In this document: in pieces, positions 62,226 to 64,000 of the stretch
How the letters are laid out: every line of letters starts with the position of its first letter
How positions within the stretch are numbered: the stretch's first letter is position 1
From: Gemmatimonadota bacterium
GTDB lineage: Bacteria > Gemmatimonadota > Gemmatimonadetes > Gemmatimonadales > GWC2-71-9
Length of the DNA stretch: 64,000 bases
Assembly: GCA_041499375.1 (NCBI GenBank)
Contig: JBGQKD010000011.1
Coordinates: forward strand, 30,214 to 94,213
Direction: 5' to 3'
Notes under the pieces: generated by a model
Seen by the model: only the letters and a program-made list of their open reading frames with translations
Told to the model about the DNA's origin: nothing
Database searches by the model: none
Position numbers and translations under genes: made by a program

Positions 62226-62851
62226 GGATAGCGCGCGAAGGATGGCCCTTTATCGCGATCGCATGGGCGTTGGTGTTTGGTGCGCTCGTCCTGTGGTGGC
62301 CCGTCGCCCTCATCCTCGCCGTTCTCGCGATCTGGGTGGTCGCGTTCTTTCGCGATCCCATCCGCCCGGGCCCACGCGGTGAGCGGTACGTAGTGGCCGC
62401 CGCCGAGGGTCACGTCGTGCAGGTGATCGAAACAGACGAGCCCATGTATGTAAAGGAAAGGTCGGTACGAATTTCCATTTTCCTGTCCGTGTTCGACGTG
62501 CATGTGAACCGCTATCCGGTCGACGGCGCGGTCGAGCTCGTGCACTACAACAAGGGCAAATTCCTGCACGCCGCCGACGAGAAGGCGAGCCTCGACAACG
62601 AGCAATCGTCGATCGGGCTGCGCGGGCCGCGTGGGCGTGTGCTGGTGCGGCAGATCGCGGGGTTGATCGCGCGGCGCATCGTCACCGACGCGAAGCCCGG
62701 CGATCGCGTGACGCAGGGCGAACGGCTCGGTCTCATCCGATTTGGGTCGCGTACCGACGTCTTTTTGCCGCTCTCGGCACGACCGGTTCTGAAGGTGAAA
62801 CCGGGCGATCGAGTCCTGGTCGGCGGGACGGTGTTGGCGGAGTACGCATGA
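62222..62851 (+). CDS. psd: phosphatidylserine decarboxylase proenzyme (short/archaeal type)
   Basis: It has an N-terminal TM segment, [11 protein letters not shown], and [10 protein letters not shown] (the self-cleavage GS). A GTG at 62222 forms a GTGA overlap with the purC stop. Confidence 0.85.
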   Translation: MRIAREGWPFIAIAWALVFGALVLWWPVALILAVLAIWVVAFFRDPIRPGPRGERYVVAAAEGHVVQVIETDEPMYVKERSVRISIFLSVFDVHVNRYPVDGAVELVHYNKGKFLHAADEKASLDNEQSSIGLRGPRGRVLVRQIAGLIARRIVTDAKPGDRVTQGERLGLIRFGSRTDVFLPLSARPVLKVKPGDRVLVGGTVLAEYA

Positions 62852-63681
62852 GACCACCACCGCTGCCGCTGCGCCGCGTCGTCATCGTAGTGCCGAGCCT
62901 CTTCACGCTGTTCAACCTGTTCTTCGGCATCTGGTCGATGGTGCTGGCCACGCGTGGCGAATTCTATCGCGCCGGCTGGTTCATCGTCTTCGCCGGAATC
63001 CTCGATACCCTCGACGGGCGTGTCGCGCGTATCTCCGGCACCGGAACGCGGTTCGGCGCGGAGCTCGACAGCCTCGTCGACATCGTGAGCTTCGGGGTCG
63101 CTCCTGCTTTCCTTATGTATCAGGTGGAGTTCACGAGCGGCGGCCCGGCCGCCTGGATCTTCTGCTACTTCTACGTCATGGCGGCGGCGATCCGCCTGGC
63201 GCGGTTCAACATCACCCAGGCGGGGCGCCCCAAGGCGTATTTCATCGGCCTGCCGTCGCCGGCAGCCGGGATGACACTCGCCACCTACTATCCGTTCACA
63301 CAAACGACATTGTACGCCCAGTTGCACGGCTTGCCCTGGCACCTGGTGCTCACGTTCCTGATGATCGGCCTCACGATCCTGATGGTGAGCAATGTCCACT
63401 ACCCGACTCTGCCTCGCGCCGGGTTCCGCACGCTGCGCGGACTATTGGGACTCGCGCTGATTGTTGTTATCCTGGTATTCGGTATCTGGCAGCACGATGT
63501 GTTCCTGTTCCCGCTAGGCATCGCGTACATGTTCTTTGGCGTGGGGCGCGCAATCCTGCTCGGCTTCTTCAAGGCGCCCGCCGAGGATGAGGAGGCGGAA
63601 ATCGCAGGCCCGATCGTGATCGACGAGAGCGAGCAGAACTACCGGGGACCGAGGCGTCCGGGGACCGGAGGCGTGGCGTGA
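62848..63681 (+). CDS. pssA: CDP-diacylglycerol--serine O-phosphatidyltransferase
   Basis: The CDP-alcohol phosphatidyltransferase motif DTLDGRVAR....FGAELDSLVD is present, and the protein is multi-TM. Confidence 0.88.
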   Translation: MRPPPLPLRRVVIVVPSLFTLFNLFFGIWSMVLATRGEFYRAGWFIVFAGILDTLDGRVARISGTGTRFGAELDSLVDIVSFGVAPAFLMYQVEFTSGGPAAWIFCYFYVMAAAIRLARFNITQAGRPKAYFIGLPSPAAGMTLATYYPFTQTTLYAQLHGLPWHLVLTFLMIGLTILMVSNVHYPTLPRAGFRTLRGLLGLALIVVILVFGIWQHDVFLFPLGIAYMFFGVGRAILLGFFKAPAEDEEAEIAGPIVIDESEQNYRGPRRPGTGGVA

Positions 63682-63929
63682 GCGCCTATACGGTCGAGAT
63701 CCGCGTCATGCCCCGCGCATCACTGCTCGATCCTCAGGGTCAGGCGGTGCAGCACGCCCTCCAGGCGCTCGGCTTCGGCGACGTGGCGAGCGTGCGTGCA
63801 GGGAAACATCTGGTGCTGCAGGTACAGGCAGCGACGCGGGAGGAGGCGGCGGCCAGGGCGCGCACGATGTGCGACCGGTTGCTCGCCAATCCGGTGACCG
63901 AGGATTACGAATGCAGCGTGTCGCAGTAG
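63678..63929 (+). CDS. purS: phosphoribosylformylglycinamidine synthase subunit PurS
   Basis: The protein is 83 aa and carries LLDPQGQAV..AL..LGF. Confidence 0.9.
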   Translation: MSAYTVEIRVMPRASLLDPQGQAVQHALQALGFGDVASVRAGKHLVLQVQAATREEAAARARTMCDRLLANPVTEDYECSVSQ

Positions 63930-64000
63930 TCGTCTTTCCCGGTTCGAACTGCGACGCGGACACGCTCGACGCGGCCCGCGCGGCGGGGTCGGACGCCTAT
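63911..64000 (+). CDS. purQ: phosphoribosylformylglycinamidine synthase glutaminase subunit PurQ, N-terminal 30 aa (3' end outside the window)
   Basis: The ATG at 63911 opens the frame MQRVAVVVFPGSNCDADTL..., which runs to the window end. FPGSNCD is the PurQ N-terminal hallmark. This ORF is not in the track because it is truncated. Confidence 0.78.
   Translation, partial: MQRVAVVVFPGSNCDADTLDAARAAGSDAY

Noticed and set aside
1-64000. I searched for rRNA, tRNA, CRISPR arrays, transposases, integrases, prophage genes and classical defence systems (RM, TA, Abi-type).
   Set aside because: Intergenic space is tiny; the largest gaps are 188 nt at 13314-13501 and 155 nt at 19486-19640. I saw no cloverleaf-like or repeat-spacer structure. 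No ORF shows DDE, tyrosine-recombinase, restriction or toxin motifs. I could not run a covariance-model or HMM scan to be certain.

Overview
This is 64 kb of very GC-rich bacterial chromosome (about two-thirds G+C by eye) that is almost entirely protein-coding. I call 65 CDS, two of them partial at the window edges. I found no rRNA, tRNA, CRISPR array, transposase, integrase or phage genes. Genes sit in long co-directional trains joined by 1-8 nt start/stop overlaps (ATGA, GTGA, TTGA, TGATG, TAATG), and many starts are GTG or TTG.

Gene content, in order:
- 1-4866 (+): an acyl-CoA operon of thiolase, enoyl-CoA hydratase, BoxB/PaaA-type diiron oxygenase, GDPD, 3-hydroxyacyl-CoA dehydrogenase and amidohydrolase_2.
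- 4871-10947 (+): secreted peptide-degradation genes, an M16 pair and an amidohydrolase pair.
- 11008-15847 (-): rpmA-rplU, RNase G, an acyl-CoA dehydrogenase and a short RecQ-like helicase.
- 15919-21631: prolyl oligopeptidase and several small or unknown genes.
- 43474 down to 21628 (-): a roughly 22 kb minus-strand train of ptsN-like, aspS, phoH, pgpH, ybeY, 2x corC/CNNM, mgtE, meaB, acyl-CoA mutase, an eRF1-like gene, a B12-binding subunit, carboxyltransferase, S8 protease, AtuA, DUF4387, an enoyl-CoA hydratase, bacilliredoxin and a methyltransferase.
- 56699 down to 45463 (-): an 11 kb minus-strand train of trpC, trpB, a HEAT protein, an HD-GYP protein, trpA, a GAF-MCP protein, folK, panB, a small ORF, panC, an HD protein and a LytR_C protein.
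- 56758-58384: lexA (+) and trpD (-).
- 58416-64000 (+): truA, transaldolase, purB, purC, psd, pssA, purS and purQ.

The recurring oddity is that conserved, normally contiguous gene pairs are split by unrelated genes that are translationally coupled to them:
- trpB/trpA are split by a HEAT-repeat protein plus an HD-GYP phosphodiesterase, followed by a polytopic GAF-MCP protein.
- The mutase large and B12 subunits are split by an eRF1/Pelota-like (baeRF-type) protein.
- The carboxyltransferase and AtuA are split by a secreted S8 protease.
- purC/purS are split by psd-pssA.

The trp-embedded signalling cassette and the eRF1-like gene are my best candidates for undescribed biology.

All functional calls come from reading motifs in the supplied translations; no database search was possible. 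Start codons are inferred. The lineage (possibly Gemmatimonadota-like) is only a low-confidence guess.
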